Shown here piece by piece: positions 61,953-64,000 of a stretch of DNA of 64,000 nucleotides (the first letter of the stretch is position 1; every line of letters starts with the position of its first letter). The notes beneath the pieces are model-generated. The model ran no database searches. It was given only the letters and a program-made list of their open reading frames with translations, and was not told the origin of the DNA. A program made the translations under genes and the position numbers. The DNA comes from Pseudomonadales bacterium (GTDB lineage Bacteria; Pseudomonadota; Gammaproteobacteria; Pseudomonadales; Pseudohongiellaceae). The stretch is taken from positions 86-64,085 of the forward strand of contig JANQJM010000052.1 in the NCBI GenBank assembly GCA_028281635.1, read 5' to 3'.

Positions 61953-62813
61953 ATGGCCGGAGGCAAAGAAATACGCAACAAGATCTCGAGTATCAAGAAT
62001 ACTCAGAAGATCACCAAGGCTATGGAAATGGTCTCGGCAAGTAAGATGCGTAAGGCACAGGACCGCATGAAATTGGGCAAACCTTATGCTCATCGCATTC
62101 GGTCTGTAATCGGACACATTGCAAACTCCAGCCCTGAGTATCGTCACCAGTATTTCAGCACTCGTGATGAGAAAAGAGTGGGTTATATTGTCGTTTCCAC
62201 TGATAGAGGTCTTTGTGGCGGCCTGAATATCAACGCGTTCAAAGCAACTGTAGCGTCTATGAAAGAGTTCGCCGATCAGAATATCGAAATTGATATTTGT
62301 ACAATCGGCGGAAGGGCAGCAACGTTCTTTAATAACTATGGTGGCAATGTAGTTGCTTCCGTTCGTGACATCGGCGATACCGCAGAAGTATCAGATGTTA
62401 TCGGTGCTGTTCGTATCATGTTGGACAAATTCGATGAAGGCACAATCGATAAGCTAATGATTGTGAGTAACGATTTCGTCAACACCATGACTCATAAACC
62501 AATCATCAATCAACTGCTGCCACTGCTGCCTTCGAAAGAAGAAGATTTACAGCATCACTGGGACTATCTGTATGAACCCGATGCAAAAGAGCTGTTAGAT
62601 GGATTGCTATTACGCTTTATAGAGTCACAGGTTTACCAGGCAGTGGTAGAGAACAATGCTTGTGAGCAAGCGGCACGAATGATCGCCATGAAGAGTGCAT
62701 CAGATAATGCGGGCGATCTGATTGATGAACTTGGCTTGGTTTACAACAAAGCCCGTCAGGCAGCAATCACCCAAGAGCTGTCAGAAATTGCCGGAGGCGC
62801 GGCTGCAGTATAG
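61953..62813 (+). CDS. atpG: F0F1 ATP synthase subunit gamma
   Basis: N-terminus [30 protein letters not shown] and C-terminus [15 protein letters not shown]. Confidence 0.95.
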   Translation: MAGGKEIRNKISSIKNTQKITKAMEMVSASKMRKAQDRMKLGKPYAHRIRSVIGHIANSSPEYRHQYFSTRDEKRVGYIVVSTDRGLCGGLNINAFKATVASMKEFADQNIEIDICTIGGRAATFFNNYGGNVVASVRDIGDTAEVSDVIGAVRIMLDKFDEGTIDKLMIVSNDFVNTMTHKPIINQLLPLLPSKEEDLQHHWDYLYEPDAKELLDGLLLRFIESQVYQAVVENNACEQAARMIAMKSASDNAGDLIDELGLVYNKARQAAITQELSEIAGGAAAV

Positions 62814-62863
62814 CCCAACGCCTGGGAAGATTTACTAGTTTTTGAACATTTGATTTGAATTAA

Positions 62864-64000
<1,137 letters not shown>

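Overview
This window is the replication-origin neighbourhood of a gammaproteobacterial chromosome. The gene order is close to Pseudomonas/Oceanospirillales-type genomes: dsbA, cytochrome c4, engB, polA; aroE, hemF, dprA, LysM protein / def, fmt, rsmB, trkAH; an lpxL-family gene, glyQS, gmhB, plsC; gyrB, recF, dnaN, dnaA | rpmH, rnpA, yidD, yidC, mnmE, mnmG, rsmG, parAB, atpIBEFHAGD. I count about 60 intact, tightly packed CDS. I found no rRNA or tRNA genes, no CRISPR array, no transposase, integrase or phage genes, and no recognisable defence or toxin-antitoxin module. I added two genes that the ORF track misses: rpmH (48449-48583) and a 3'-partial atpD (62885-64000). I trimmed several ORF-track N-terminal extensions to starts supported by SD sequences or stop/start overlaps. 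The only accessory-looking block is 1-13.4 kb. It holds a TolC-family fragment, an LmbE-type deacetylase, a Wzm/Wzt-type ABC glycan exporter, and a ten-gene T2SS-like operon. That operon has the non-canonical order L-M-E-F-D-G-H-I-J-K, a lipoprotein secretin, and no gspC or gspO. There is also a heme-copper oxidase locus, with sco1-cyoE divergent from coxB(diheme c)-coxA-III-III-IV. Noncoding observations are: SD/GGA-like repeats in front of cytochrome c4; a highly structured polA/engB spacer at the Spot42/ErsA position; two competing DnaA-box/AT-rich origin candidates; parS-like sites inside recF; and a start-codon anomaly at the lpxL-family gene. I did not find a convincingly new multi-gene system. 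The T2SS variant and the RNA-like elements flanking engB are the best follow-up candidates. All family calls come from motif recognition by eye; no searches or computations were run.
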